A stretch of 64,000 nt of DNA, from positions 248,001 through 312,000 of the forward strand of contig NW_025766978.1 in the NCBI RefSeq assembly GCF_003918875.1. The letters run 5' to 3'. This DNA comes from Haliotis rubra. Its lineage: Eukaryota. Each line of letters starts with the position of its first letter. Position 1 is the stretch's first letter. Shown here in pieces: positions 37,411 through 51,114 of this stretch. Both the position numbers and the translations under genes were made by a program. The notes under the pieces are model-generated. The model did no database searches, was not told the DNA's origin, and saw nothing but the letters and a program-made list of their open reading frames with translations.

Positions 37411-39256
37411 TAAATAGCGCGGTGAATATGCCTAGCAATGTGTCTCCATAACATGGGTATACAATAGCTGTTTCGACAGGGAACGACTATATCATATCTT
37501 CCACAATGACACATACAAGATACTGGTCTCGGACGTTCGTTATCAATGTGACCCTTGGTAGCTTGCAGATTGTGAAACGTGGTCAGTTAGTCTGTAACAT
37601 TTCCATATTTCATAAACGTATACTGTCATAAAATATTTTAAAACATTGTGCGTTTCTCCCATGTTAATACAGATATATGGACATGTATCAGTTCTGCAGA
37701 TATTTATAGGTTTGAAATTAATAACACAATGGTCATTACTAAACTGAAGTATACTAGCCAAATAAAACCCTATATATTGGAACAAAACAAGCTCTTGAAA
37801 GACTTGTGACAAGTTACGTGAACAGGCAGGTACTGATTCAAAGAAATAGTGTTGTTTTCCGTTGCGTGTGATCCTATTACTACGAGGGATAATACTGTAT
37901 GTACATGCGCCGGTCATGGTTTCCCTGCGGATTACTTTATTTTCTATCATCCAGATTATACATTTGGTAGAAGTGTCCCGTGCTGCTGCACATCTCACCT
38001 GTCAAGGGAAGTAAGTTTATTAGATTCATTTCTGCTAGCTACGACAACAATAGATGCACACAATGTTTGTATTGTGAAAATATTATGCATATTTTTTGTT
38101 TCCGATGGGAATGTTATCCGAACCTCTCCATACACCGTACACCCATCACAGACGCCGATCTTGGATGCGTTTCACCGAAGTGTAGCTTGTGTGGAATAAG
38201 AAGAAGTATTCACCGTTGTCGGATCTATGGGAATAGTGGCATGGAATTGTCGGATGTGAAACGGAAATGCCACGAGTTCAGCTACATCAGCGCCAACCCT
38301 TTACATCGCCCTGGAGACATCATCCCATTCATTCTGGAGAAGGTGATTTGCACGTCGGCCAACAGTTAAGATGGCAAGTTGTAAATAACACATCAGCATT
38401 TCAGATAATGTCGGCATGATAATGTTTTACCATTTGAATAAAGCTTTAAACCTTCCAACGGATACGTTGTCAGAAATGTCGCTACAAATAAAATTAAATG
38501 TTTGGTCTTATTGTCATTGTAGATCGTGATCTAGACTAACAACTAGTCTCTGAAATGAACATATTTTACTGAAAAAAGTTCATAGTAAAAGAAAATATAA
38601 TTTAATGAAAAGGAGCCCTGAGACTTTCTTCATTTTCAGAAGCTGAGGAAATCTAAGACTTGCCACATTTTCTAGACTTGCGTGGGCTTTCTTGGATATA
38701 TTTGCTTCAGGGTCTGTACGACAGACTAATCGTGATCATGCGTTCTCATTATTGACTTATTGACTGTTTATACATTATGTCCGTGTTATCTATTAGACGC
38801 GTCGTCGGACTATTAAAATAATACATTTTGTAAAAGTATTATGCAACATTTCGATAACATTTTAACATATATCTTCTAATTGCATACATTTGTTTTTAAC
38901 ACTGCAGCTGCTTGTCCTCTGAATGCTGTCGTATATTGTGCCTGTATTCATGGTGTACGTTCTCCTAATGACGTGGGCCATGGCCTCATGGCAATAAAGT
39001 TTTGCAAGGATCCAGAATCAACCAGATGGTACACTTTGATATGTTGTATCAATGTGGCAGACAATGGGTTGTAAACTCCGTCTGTGTCAACACGTGCATC
39101 ATGTACACACAATCCTGCACAGCACACCCCAGACTTACGTCTATAAACACACACCGTTACTCAGGGTCTTGTTTCTTAAAGCGTCCGTAGTCTCCAGACA
39201 GTCGTAACTTTATGTTAAAGTATGGGTTACGATCGTCTTAGGGCTGAGATCGGTTT

Positions 39257-41368
39257 GAGGAATGGCCCACCGATCTATGTGGAGGAATGGCCCACCGATC
39301 TATGTGGAGGAATGGCCCACCGATCTATGTGGAGCGAATGGCCCACCGATCTATGTGGAGGAATGGCCCACCGATCTATGTGGATGAATGACCCACTGAT
39401 TTATGTAGAGGAATAACCCACCGATCTATGTGGAGGAATGACCCACTGATTTATGTAGATGAATGACCCACTGATTTATGTAGATGAATGGCCCACTGAT
39501 CTATGTAGATGAATGGCCCACTGATTTATGTAGATGAATGGCCCACTGATCTATGTAGAGGAATGACTCACTGATCTATGTAGATGAATGACCCACTGAT
39601 CTATGTAGATGAATGGCCCACTGATCTATTGAGAGGGATGGACCACTGATCTATGTAGATGAATGACCCACTGATCTATGTAGAGGAATGGCCCACTGAT
39701 CTATGTAGAGGAATGGCCCACTGATCTATGTAGAGGAATGGCCCACTGATCTATGTAGAGGAATGGCCCACTGATCTATGTAGAGGAATGGCCCACTGAT
39801 CTATGTAGAGGAATGGCCCACTGATCTATGTAGAGGAATAGCCCATTGATCTATGTAGAGGAATGTCCCACTGATCAATGTAGAGGAATGGCAAACTGAT
39901 CTATGTAGAGGAATGGCCCTCTGATCTATGAAGAGGAATAACCCACTGGTCTACGTAGAAGAATGGCCCTCTGATCTATGTAGAGGAATGGCCCACTGAT
40001 CTATGTAGAGGAATGGCCCACTGATCTATGTAGAGGAATGACCACTGATCTATGTAGAGGAATGGCCCACTGATCTATGTAGAGGAATGGCCCACTGATC
40101 TATGTAGAGGAATGGCCCACTGATCTATGTAGAGGAATGGCCCACTGATCTATGTAGAGGAATGGCCCACTGATCTATGAAGAGGAATGGCCCACTGAAT
40201 CTATGTGAGGAATGGCCCACTGATCTATGTAGAAGAATGGCCCACTAATCTATGTGAGGAATGGCCCACTGATCTATGTAGAGGAATGGCCCACTGATCT
40301 ATGCAGAGGAATGGCCCACTGATCAATGTAGAGGAATGGCCCATTGATCTATGAAGAGGAATGGTCCACTGATCTATGTAGAGGAATGGCCCACTGATCT
40401 ATGTAGAGGAATGGCCCACTGATCTATGTAGAGGCATGGCCCACTGATCTATGTAGAGGAATGGCCCATCTGATCTATGTAGAGGCAATGGCCCACTGAT
40501 CTATGTAGAGGAATGGCCCACTGATCTATGTAGAGGAATGGCCCACTGATCTATGTAGAGGAATGGCCCACTGATCTATGATCTAGAGGAATGGCCCACT
40601 GATCTGTAGAATAGCCCAATGTACTGATCTATGTAGAGGAATGGCCCACTGATCTATGTAGAGGAATGGCCCACTGATCTATGAAGAATGGCCCACTGAT
40701 CTATGTAGAGAATGGCCCACTGATCTATGAAGAGGAATGGTCCACTGATCTATGAAGAGCAATTGCCAACTGATCTATGTAGAGGAATGGTCCACTGATC
40801 TATGTAGAGAAATGGCCCACTGATCTATGAAGAGGAATGGTCCACTGATCTATGAAGAGGAATGGCCCACTGATTATGATCTATGTAGAGGAATGGCCCA
40901 CTGATCTATGTAGAGGAATGGTCCACTGATCTATGTGATCTATGTAGAGAGAATAGCCCATTGATCTATGTAGAGGAAATGGCCCACTGATCTATGTAGA
41001 GGAATTGCCCACTGATCAATGTAGAGGAATGGCTCACTAATCTATGTAGAAGAATGGCCCACTGATCTATGTAGAGGAATGTCCCATTAATCTATGAAGA
41101 GGAATGGTCCACTGATCTATGTAGAGGAATGGCCCATTGATCTATGTAGAGGAATGGTCCACTGATCTATGTAGAGGAATGGCCCACTGATCTATGTAGA
41201 GGAATTGCCCACTGATCTATCTGCGGAAGGGCCCTCTGATCTATGTAGAGGAATGACCTACTGATTCTATGTAGAGGAATGGCCCTCCGATCTATGTAGA
41301 GGAATGGCCCTCTGATCTATGTAGAGGAATGGCCCACTGATCAATGTAGAGGAATGGCCCACTGATCT
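39257..41368. repeat. Minisatellite, 25-bp unit; about two further units at 43364-43400
   Basis: gaggaatggcccactgatctatgta tandem. Confidence 0.95.
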
Positions 41369-41369
41369 T

Positions 41370-43360
41370 TGGAACAGGAAAGAAAAAAACAACTAGAAAA
41401 TAATATAAATGAACACAAAACATTCTGGTATCAACTTCAAAAACTAAATCCTAAGAAGAGTCAAAACAAGAACATTGAAGTCGACTAATGGTTCAATTAC
41501 TTTCAGTCATTATTCTCTACCTCCGATATCAACCCGGATGCAAATAGACAAGACAGTATTAACGATACTGAGTCTATTCACATTTCTGGTGTCGCCTCCG
41601 ACATTTTGGATGTCCCAATAAGTAGAGATGCAATATTAAACAGTATACAACATCTAAAGTTTAATAAATCACCAAGAATAGACAACATCCTCCCTGCTTT
41701 TTTCAAACATTCATCTGATCGTTTACTTTCATATCTTGAGCTAATATTCAACATTATTCCAATAACTACCGTGGAATAACTGTACTTAGTATATCTGGCA
41801 AGTTATTTACGTATATTATCAACAAAAGATCAGTTAAATGGGCTGACGTCATGGATCAGATATATGAGGGTTAAGCGGGATTTAGGGAGGGATATACAAC
41901 AACAGATAATCTTTATACTGTATAGTCTAATACAAAGATATCTCAGCTCAAAAGGTCGAAAGTTCCACGCATTATTCGTTGATTTTGCAAAAGATTCTGT
42001 GCAGCGGAATAAACTATCATGACTTCTGCAATCACACGGTCTTAATAGTAAACTGAATAAAATGTTGAAGAGCATATACGAAAATGTTAAAGTGTGTGTA
42101 AGGAATAAGCCTGGATTATCTGAACCAGTGAACTAGGTGTTAGACAAGGCTGTATTTTAAGCCCTTTACTTTTTACGTTTATCATTTATGAATTGGCAGA
42201 GTAAAAATGTGACACATGTACGAATGAGATCCAACTACACCCAGATACAATACAACTATTTCTGCTACTCTTTGTCGATGATATTGTATTATTCTCTAGT
42301 ACAGTCAGCGGTTTACAGAAACAAATAGACAAATTAGACAAACTTTCTGACCAATATAAATTGTGTGTAAACAGAGACAAAACCAAAATTATCGTCTTTA
42401 AGAAAGGTGGAAAGCTTTCTAAATTAGAATAATGGTATTACAAAGGGCAACTACTCCAAGCTACCAGTGTTTATAAGTACCTTGGCGTATATTTCTCTAA
42501 TAGCCTTTCCTGGTCCAAACACACAAAACAAGTCTTGAAAATTGTAATTGGTGTTTGAAAAAATACGAGATGTTTATGTGAAATCTCCTTTAACACATTC
42601 TTAAAAATATTCGATGTCATTGTGAAGATAAGTCCAATATGTCATGCAACAGGTTTCCGAAAAAAATGTTATGATATGATGAAATTGTATGACGAAAATG
42701 GGAAATGAAAGTGGGTGACTGATATTAGAGAGTTGTTGTACAAAACTGGTTATGGTAATGTGTGATGTGATCACAATGTTCAGTCACATGCAAATTTTAT
42801 CATATCATTTACACAAAGAATGAAAGATACGTATTTCCAATCTTGGTTGGAATCAGTAATTCTATCCACAAAATGTTTATACTATAATCAATGGAAATCG
42901 GATATACGTTTTGAAGTCTTAGACTATTTAGCAAAAATCGACGTAAAGAAGTTTCGTATAGCTATCTCTCACTCGTTTTCGTTGCTCTTCCCATGAATTA
43001 TTTATTGAAACTGGCAGGTATGCAGGTATACAAAGAATATGTCAATTATGTAATATGAATACTGTTGAAAATGAACTACATTTCCTTCTAATCTGTCCTG
43101 TTTGTACGACTCTACGAACGAACTACCTAAGGCCATACTATTATAAGCATCCAAGTGTTAGAACATTTATTTCACACTTAACAGATACTACCACATGACA
43201 ATTACAGAATCTGGCAGTGTACATTTATTTCGCTTTGAGTTTGAGAAAAAGGATTGGTACAGAAAAGAATTTATAAATGACTTCTATCTACTCGTGTAAA
43301 CTTTAAATGTACTACAGGCCTGTGGCCTTTTTCAGCACTGTGTACAGGTTGATTGATTGA
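41370..43360 (+). mobile_element. Decayed, 5'-truncated CR1-group LINE inserted in the 25-bp satellite
   Basis: KFNKSPRIDNI; FVDFAK; RQGCILSPLLF; LLFVDDIVLFSSTVSGLQKQ; YKYLGVYFS; CQLCNMNTVENELHFLLICP; (ttga)n tail; possible TSD tgatctt. Confidence 0.88.
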
Positions 43361-43778
43361 TCTTGTAGAGGAATGGCCCACTCATCTATGTAGAGGAATG
43401 TACGTGTACCTCGTGCATCTTGTGTCAAGAGTGATATATGTTGAATGTGAATCCCTGCCAACCAGTTTAACAGTCAATTGAGTTTATGCATACGCCTTTG
43501 AAAATGGTATTTTCATATAAACAGTATGAATTTTGATTGCAATGGCGTGGAACCTAAGAAACTGTACATGTATATGAGAATCTTTCTAGCACTATGTTTC
43601 TTCTTATACACAGATGGAACTCGTTGAAATGAAGTTGTTGATTTCTTTCCGTGGATCCTGCTCGAAACCATCTTTTCTCGGACAAATTCGTGGTTAAGAA
43701 ATACAGAACAAATGTCAAGCGCTTCGTTACTTTGAAGTGATGACACTCTTGCTACTAATGTCATAATCATTAGGTTAA

Positions 43779-44834
43779 AGGTCACATGCAAAGTAAAACA
43801 CAACTTTGCAGATTCTGATACCTTTCGGTATGGACTTACCGAAACAAATCGTCCAAATTGCAAATTCAACTTATAAAGTTAAAAAATAACGCGATGAAAA
43901 AAACGCGCGAAATCGGAGTTCAAACGTTTCACTAATTTTCCCCCGACTTTTCTGGGGAAAACGGGTTTCAACAGCTGGGCTGCGCTCATAGCACGTGCGC
44001 AGTGAAATAGGTTCGCGCAGCTTGGAAGCGGGTTGTCGGGTGAATACTCGGTGAAGGCTTTGGTGTGAGCTATTTTTCTAATGTTTTGTTGATATCTCAC
44101 AGGCGCGAGCTTTTTATATGTTATGACAGTAAATTAACTGTTTATATAATTTCATTTGTCTATTTCACCACACGTTCTTCTTACCGAGTCACTTTCTCAG
44201 TTCGATACTTAAAAGCAATGTCATTACTTAGCGTTGTACAGAATTTCTAACTGTGATATAGATATGTCGTTGTCACAGACAAAACTCAATGTCTTGTTTT
44301 ATTGACACCTGTGTGTCTGCCTGCCTGTCTGACAATATTCAATACACAGCTGCTATCACTGACCACATGCAATTTGAACTTAACACCAATCAGGCTATAC
44401 ACCATAAACAAAATGCATTGATTTATGGCCCGAGTTCGGTCTCTGTCACATTATGTAATTACACAGACAGGCAGGTGTGATACTTGAACACATGACATGT
44501 TATGATGTCTGTTGATTGCAAAATGTTATACACAAAAAATGAGCATGTATTTACAAAACCCAACATCTCTATATAATGAGCCGTGAAGGCATCTGCAAAT
44601 GAACCAGCCGTTACACTTGAGTGCACACCCACCCGCTCTGACTGGGTTCGGTATCCCGGCTGCTTCGTTTCTTGGGAAGTAAACCGAAGTACACAATTTT
44701 GCACTTTTGATTTGCGATTGTACGCTTATAATTTTGTTTATATGTTTTTTCATTACCAGCAATGTATATTATATGTCATGAATAAGTGATAATTGTGTTT
44801 TAATTATGTTTGATTTTTTGGTTGCATGTGACCT
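43779..44834 (+). mobile_element. Non-autonomous TTAA-flanked DNA transposon (Kolobok-like), copy 1
   Basis: TTAA|aggtcacatgcaa...ttgcatgtgacct|TTAA; second copy at 49661-50731. Confidence 0.88.
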
Positions 44835-45139
44835 TTAAATAATCGGTCTATTTCCTGGCAGGCGATGTAATTAAATTATCAACACGAGGCTAAGTTAGAT
44901 GTTGCCCTTTGAAGAACCTTTCCAACTAAAGAGCAGAAATATGCAACATACTCTCGTCTGCTGTCGAGTCTGCAGTGATGATGATGACGTGCAGCACGTG
45001 TACAAAGCAACATGTTGGTTAATCTCATTCAGTCATCATGTTATGCGTCACGCGAGTGTGTGTGAGTGAACCCAGCATATACATACCGTGACAATATATA
45101 ACAGTAAATACCACAACTATCCTGTATAATTGTTAGTTA

Positions 45140-45228
45140 GCATTCACCTGACGAAGGGGCAAGGAACAGCCCAGAAACTGTGTCTATACAATAAAGAAGA
45201 AATTGATATCCATAATATTTTGTCTTAT
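45140..45228 (+). mobile_element. Penelope-like pseudo-LTR remnant with a decayed minimal hammerhead
   Basis: cac-CTGACGA-ag-gggc-aaggaaca-gccc-a-GAAA-ct-gtg followed by aataaa. Confidence 0.5.
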
Positions 45229-45229
45229 A

Positions 45230-45660
45230 ATACATGACTATACATATGACTATACATGACTATACATGACAATACTTGACAATACATGAGTATAAATGAC
45301 AATACATGATTATACATGACTATACATGACAACATATTACTATAAAAGAAAATACATGACTATAAATGACAATACATGACTAAACATGACAATACATGAC
45401 TATAAATGACTATACATGACTATAAATGGCTATACATGACAATACATGACTATACATGACAATACATGACTATACATGACAAGATATTACTATAAATGAC
45501 TATATATGACTATAAATGACTATACATGACTATACATGACGATAAATGACAATACATGACTATACATGACAATACATGACAGTTCATGACAATAAATAAC
45601 TATACATGACAATACATGACAATTCATGACAATAAATGACAATGCGTGACTATACATGAC
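45230..45660. repeat. 10-bp tandem repeat
   Basis: (tatacatgac)n. Confidence 0.9.
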
Positions 45661-45756
45661 ATATAAACAACGTATTTACCTACCAGGTGTATGGGCCTGG
45701 GGTTATTCCACGCATGCTGACCGAGCTGCATCAAATGTTATCTCGTCTGCTAAAAA

Positions 45757-45912
45757 NNNNNNNNNNNNNNNNNNNNNNNNNNNNNNNNNNNNNNNNNNNN
45801 NNNNNNNNNNNNNNNNNNNNNNNNNNNNNNNNNNNNNNNNNNNNNNNNNNNNNNNNNNNNNNNNNNNNNNNNNNNNNNNNNNNNNNNNNNNNNNNNNNNN
45901 NNNNNNNNNNNN
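45757..45912. other. Assembly gap
   Basis: Run of N. Confidence 1.
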
Positions 45913-46029
45913 ACCATATAGGCATATTGTGTGCACGTTCAGCAGTGTTAATTTCAATGATCATGATGTTTCTGTGGATGGTAGTATATCTGTGGCATTC
46001 AGTAGGGAAGTGTGTGTTGTTTTCACACC

Positions 46030-47060
46030 ACAAACACTATAGAAACACTATATACACTACACATAGAGCACTATATAGGCACTATATACACTACATGAGC
46101 ACTATATAGGCCACCTACAGTGTACAAACACCACATACACTATAGAAACACTACATACACTACATGAGCACTATATACACTACATGAGCACTATATACAC
46201 TACATGAGCACTATATACACTACATGAGCACTATATAGGCCACCTACACTGTACAAACACAACATACACTATAGAAACACTACATACACTACATGAGCAC
46301 TATATACACTACATGAGCACTATATACACTCCATGTACATGAGCACTATATACACTACATGAGCACTATATAGGCCGCCTACAGTGTACAAACACCACAT
46401 ACACTAAAAACACTAAACACTACACCATACACTACATGAGCACTATATACACTACATGAGCACTATATACACTACATGAGCACTATATACACTACATGAG
46501 CACTATATACACTATATAGGCCACCTACACTGTACAAACACCACATACACTATAGCAAACACCACTATACACTGAGCACTATATAGGCACAGTACAAACA
46601 CCACATGAGCACTACATACACTATAGACACACTACATGAGCACTATATACACTACATGAGCACTATATACACTACATGAGCACTATATACACTACATGAG
46701 CACTATATAGGCCACCTTCACTGTACAAAAACCACATACACTATAGAAACACTACATACACTACATGAGCACTATATACACTACATGAGCACTATATACA
46801 CTACATGAGCACCTACCACCTGTACAAACACCACATACACTATAGAAACACTACATACACTACATGAGCACTATATACACTACATGAGCACTATATAGGC
46901 CACCTACAGTGTACAAACACCACATACACTATAGAAACACTACATGAGCACTATATACACTACATGAGCACTGTATAGGCCACCTACACTGTACAAACAC
47001 CACATACACTATAGAAACACTACATACACTACATGAGCACTATATACACTACATGAGCGG
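46030..47060. repeat. Compound satellite: 20-bp unit interspersed with a recurrent ~50-bp unit
   Basis: (ctatatacactacatgagca)n plus ggccacctacactgtacaaacaccacatacactatagaaaca. Confidence 0.9.
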
Positions 47061-48009
47061 TGCATACACCACTTACACTGTACAAGCACCACGCACACTA
47101 ACTGTTCCACATACACAACCTAAACACTACATGCATCACCTATACTATATATACACCACAAAACACTTTTTACTACTAAAACTCCACCAACAACTCGCAC
47201 ATCACCAAGTTCGATCAGCTTTCCAACATAGGTTTTACAGTTGCCATCACCGTTAATCAATAACGCCTTCTACAGTTGCTCTATGTTTCCCGCCATTGAT
47301 GTTACCTGACATGAACCTGTGTCCGTCTTCCTCCACGACTGACAGTTTAAGTACCTTCATTTGTCCGTCGTGTCAACACCTCGGTTCACAACGGAACATC
47401 TGATCATACAAGCTCAAACCAAGATGGCGCCAATGAACACTATGATTAAACACGTGTACATAGACGTTAGGCCTAAATATATAAACACAGGCACCCGGTA
47501 ATATTACCATAAGCTGGCGTGGATGTTTAGAAACAAGATAACGTCCATGTTTACCCAGTGCCAGAGACGAAAAGATTGCAGCCTGGAAGATTATGGACGT
47601 TGGCAGAATGCCCCGCCTGATTATAATGGATGTGCATTAATGACGGTTCATCTGGGTGTTCTGCACGTCTAGGCAATACGGAGAGGTCTGGGTGAAGCTA
47701 GTATCCCTGTACTGCTGGGATGGGAGGCTAGCAACAGTCGGCCTATAGGTATGTAATTCCACACATTGCTGCATCCAAGGAGAAGATAAAAGCGGTTGTT
47801 GACAGAGGAGAAAAGTGACAGGGGATGGTCTTAATGGATTAAAGATTGCAGACCCATCCAGTGTCGGCGATTGTTTAGATTCCAGGTGCAGTCCTCCACT
47901 CAAACGGACTTAATAACCTTTTGGCAGCGTGAATAGTCTCCAATCAGGGTCTGTTCCGTAGGGACACGCTCTGTCAATTCCTGTGAATGGAAAATCTGAA
48001 GAATGTGAG

Positions 48010-49230
48010 TTTCACTGGGTATGGTGCACACTTGATTATAGGAGCGTCACTGGGTATGGTACACTCTGGATTATAGGGCGTTCATCGTGTATGATGCAGT
48101 CTTGATTATAGGGGTGTCACTGGGTATGGTGCGCTCTGGATTATAGGGGTGTCACTGAGTATGGTGCGCTCTGGAATATAGGGCGTTCATTGTGTATGAT
48201 GCAGTCTTGATTATAGGGTGTCACTGGGTATGGTGCGCTCTGGATTATAGGGGTGTCACTGGGTATGGTGCACTCTGGAATATAGGGCGTTCATTGTGTA
48301 TGATGCAGTCTTGATTATAGGGTTTCACTGGGTATGGTGCACTCTGGATTATAGGGTTTCACTGGGTATGGTGCACTCTGGATTATAGGGTTTCACTGGG
48401 TATGGTGCAATCTTGATTATAGGGTTTCACTGGGATATGGTGTACTCTGGATTATAGGGGTTTCACTGGGTATGGTGCAATCTTGATTATAGGGTTTCAC
48501 TGGGTATGGTGCAATCTTGATTATAGGGTTTCACTGGGATATGGTGTACTCTGGATTATAGGGGTTTCACTGGGTATGGTGCAATCTTGATTATAGGGTT
48601 TCACTGGGTATGGTGCAATCTTGATTATAGGGTTTCACTGGGATATGGTGTACTCTGGATTATAGGGGTTTCACTGGGTATGGTGCAATCTTGATTATAG
48701 GGTTTCACTGGGTATGGTGCAATCTTGATTATAGGGTTTCACTGGGATATGGTGTACTCTGGATTATAGGGGTTTCACTGGGTATGGTGCAATCTTGATT
48801 ATAGGGTTTCACTGGGTATGGTGCAATCTTGATTATAGGGTTTCACTGGGATATGGTGTACTCTGGATTATAGGGGTTTCACTGGGTATGGTGCAATCTT
48901 GATTATAGGGTTTCACTGGGTATGGTGCAATCTTGATTATAGGGTTTCACTGGGTATGGTGCAATCTTGATTATAGGGTTTCACTGGGATATGGTGTACT
49001 CTGGATTATAGGGGTTTCACTGGGTATGGTGCAATCTGGATTATAGGGTTTCACTGGGTATGGTGCAATCTTGATTATAGGGTTTCACTGGGTATGGTGC
49101 AATCTTGATTATAGGGGTTTCACTGGGATATGGTGCACTCTTGGATTATAGGGGTTTCACTGGGTATGGTGCACTCTTGATTATAGGGTTTCACTGGTTA
49201 TGGTGCACTTTTGACTAAAGGGGCGTACAC
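48010..49230. repeat. Minisatellite, 34-bp unit with a higher-order trimer
   Basis: gggtttcactgggtatggtgcaatcttgattata; every third unit is the variant gggatatggtgtactctggattatagggg. Confidence 0.95.
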
Positions 49231-49660
49231 TGGAAGTAATACAATCCGGATGATAGGGGTTTCACAGGGACCTGTTCAGTCCAGATTGAGGTGGAGGGGG
49301 GGTGTACTTGGATGGGTGCAGTTGGATTAAGGAGTTTTCCCGGTAAAAATGCAGTCAAATGGAACTCTTCCTTGCAAATTCATTGATAACTTATAGCTAA
49401 AATACATTGAATTATCATGAAACGGCCCTCCCATTATCAGAAATTTGCGGGCCGCTGCAAATGATATTGGACCGCTCAACCTTAACGACGGGCCACTATC
49501 AGTTCTGTTGTCAAGTGACGTCATAGTGGGTGCGTGGACTTACGGTTCATTCGACATTGGCTTTGGACTGGCCGATATTCTGGGTCATACAAGTCAAAGC
49601 AACACGAATTCCCGCTTTAAATAGCGATAATATTGGCTTTCTTGCTGGTGCTAACCTTAA

Positions 49661-50731
49661 AGGTCACATGCAACCAACAAATCAAACATAATTAAAACAC
49701 AATTATCACTTATTCATGACATATAATATACATTGCTGGTTATGAAAAAAACATATAAACAAAATTATAAGCCTATAATCGCAAATCAAAAGTGCAATAT
49801 TGTGTACTTGGGTTTACTTCCCAAGACACGAAGCAGCCGGGATACCGAACCCGGTCAGAGCGGGTGGGTGTGCACTCAAGTGTAACGGCTGGTTCATTTG
49901 CAGATGCCCTCATGATGTGTGTGTATATATAGAGATGTTGGGTTTTGTAAATACATGCTCATTTTTTGTGTATAACATTTTGCAATCAACAGACATCATA
50001 ACATGTCATGTGTTCAAGTATCACACCTGCCTGTCTGTGTAATTACATAATGTGACCGAGACCGCACTCGGGCCATAAATCAATGCGTTTTGTTTATGGT
50101 GTATAGCCTGATTGGTGTTAAGTTCAAATTGCATGTGGTCAGTGATCGAAGTTGTGTATTGAATATTGTCATTAGCAGACAGGCAGGCAGACACACAGGT
50201 GTCAACAAACAAGACATTGAGTTTTGTCTGTGACAACGACATATTTATATCACAGTTAGAAATTCTGTCAACGCTAAATAATGACATTGCTTTTAAGTAT
50301 CGAACTGAGAAAGTGACTCGGTAAGAAGAACGTGTGGTGAAATAGACAAATGAAATTATATAAACAGTTAATTTACTGTCATAACATATAAAAAGCTCGC
50401 GCCTGTGAGATATCAACAAAACATTAGAAAAATAGCTCACACCAAAGCCTTCACCGAGTATTAACCCGACAACCCGCTTCCAAGTTGCGCGAACCTATTT
50501 CACTGCGCACGTGCTATGAGCGCAGCCCAGCTGTTGAAACCACTTGAATTCCCCCCAAACGCTGGGGGAAAATTAGTGAATCGTTTGAACTACGATTTCG
50601 CGCGGTTTTTTTTCATCGCGTTATTTTTCAACTTTATAAGTTGAATTTGCATTTTTGATGATTTGTTTCGGTAAGTCCATACCGAAAGGTATCAGAATCT
50701 GCAAAGTTGTGTTTTACTTTGCATGTGACCT
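49661..50731 (-). mobile_element. Kolobok-like MITE, copy 2 (inverted relative to copy 1)
   Basis: TTAA at 49657-49660 and 50732-50735; reverse complement of 43779-44834. Confidence 0.88.
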
Positions 50732-50990
50732 TTAACAATTGCACTATTAACGTTGTTGTTGGACCAAAACCGAACACTGACATAGTTTGACATGTTGCAG
50801 GCTATGGTCGTGTCAAAGGCCAAGGTCGAATATCGTCACTTTCTGTTGTGACGTCACTTGAATTGTTCGATGACGTAATTGCATTCGGTCAGTCAACCCC
50901 GTCAGAGGTTGGTTTTGAGTAAATTTACAGTCAAATTCCTTCATTGTTTCCATTTTATTTTCAACACAAATTCCATGTATTTTAGCAATA

Positions 50991-51114
50991 ATAAAGGTAA
51001 TGCTATTTTTTAGGGCATTATCATTTGCAGAAGCCCTCGGTCTTTTTCAACTGTTAATGGAAGACCGCAGGCTTCTGCAAATGATAATGCCCTCAAAAAT
51101 AGCGTTACCCTTAT
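50991..51114. repeat. 124-bp hairpin, probably the end of a host element (~49327-51114) into which MITE copy 2 inserted
   Basis: ataaaggtaatgctattttttagggcattatcatttgcagaagcc...ggcttctgcaaatgataatgccctcaaaaatagcgttacccttat; ttatagctaaaatacattgaatt near 49391 is inverted near 50970. Confidence 0.65.

Larger units (their letters stand above)
34907..37669 (-). mobile_element. Internally deleted Gypsy-type LTR retroelement with an env-like ORF
   Basis: TSD caga at 34903-34906 and 37670-37673; ends tgttaa...ttaata; 36161-36322 duplicated at 37508-37669 (stub of the 5' LTR); minus-strand PPT aaaagaataggggga next to the LTR. Confidence 0.85.

Noticed and set aside
45656-46109. ORFs spanning N runs (also 63643-63979)
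   Set aside because: Artefacts of assembly gaps
44065-50440. Duplicated short ORFs in the two MITE copies
   Set aside because: Frames differ between the copies and there are no transposase motifs
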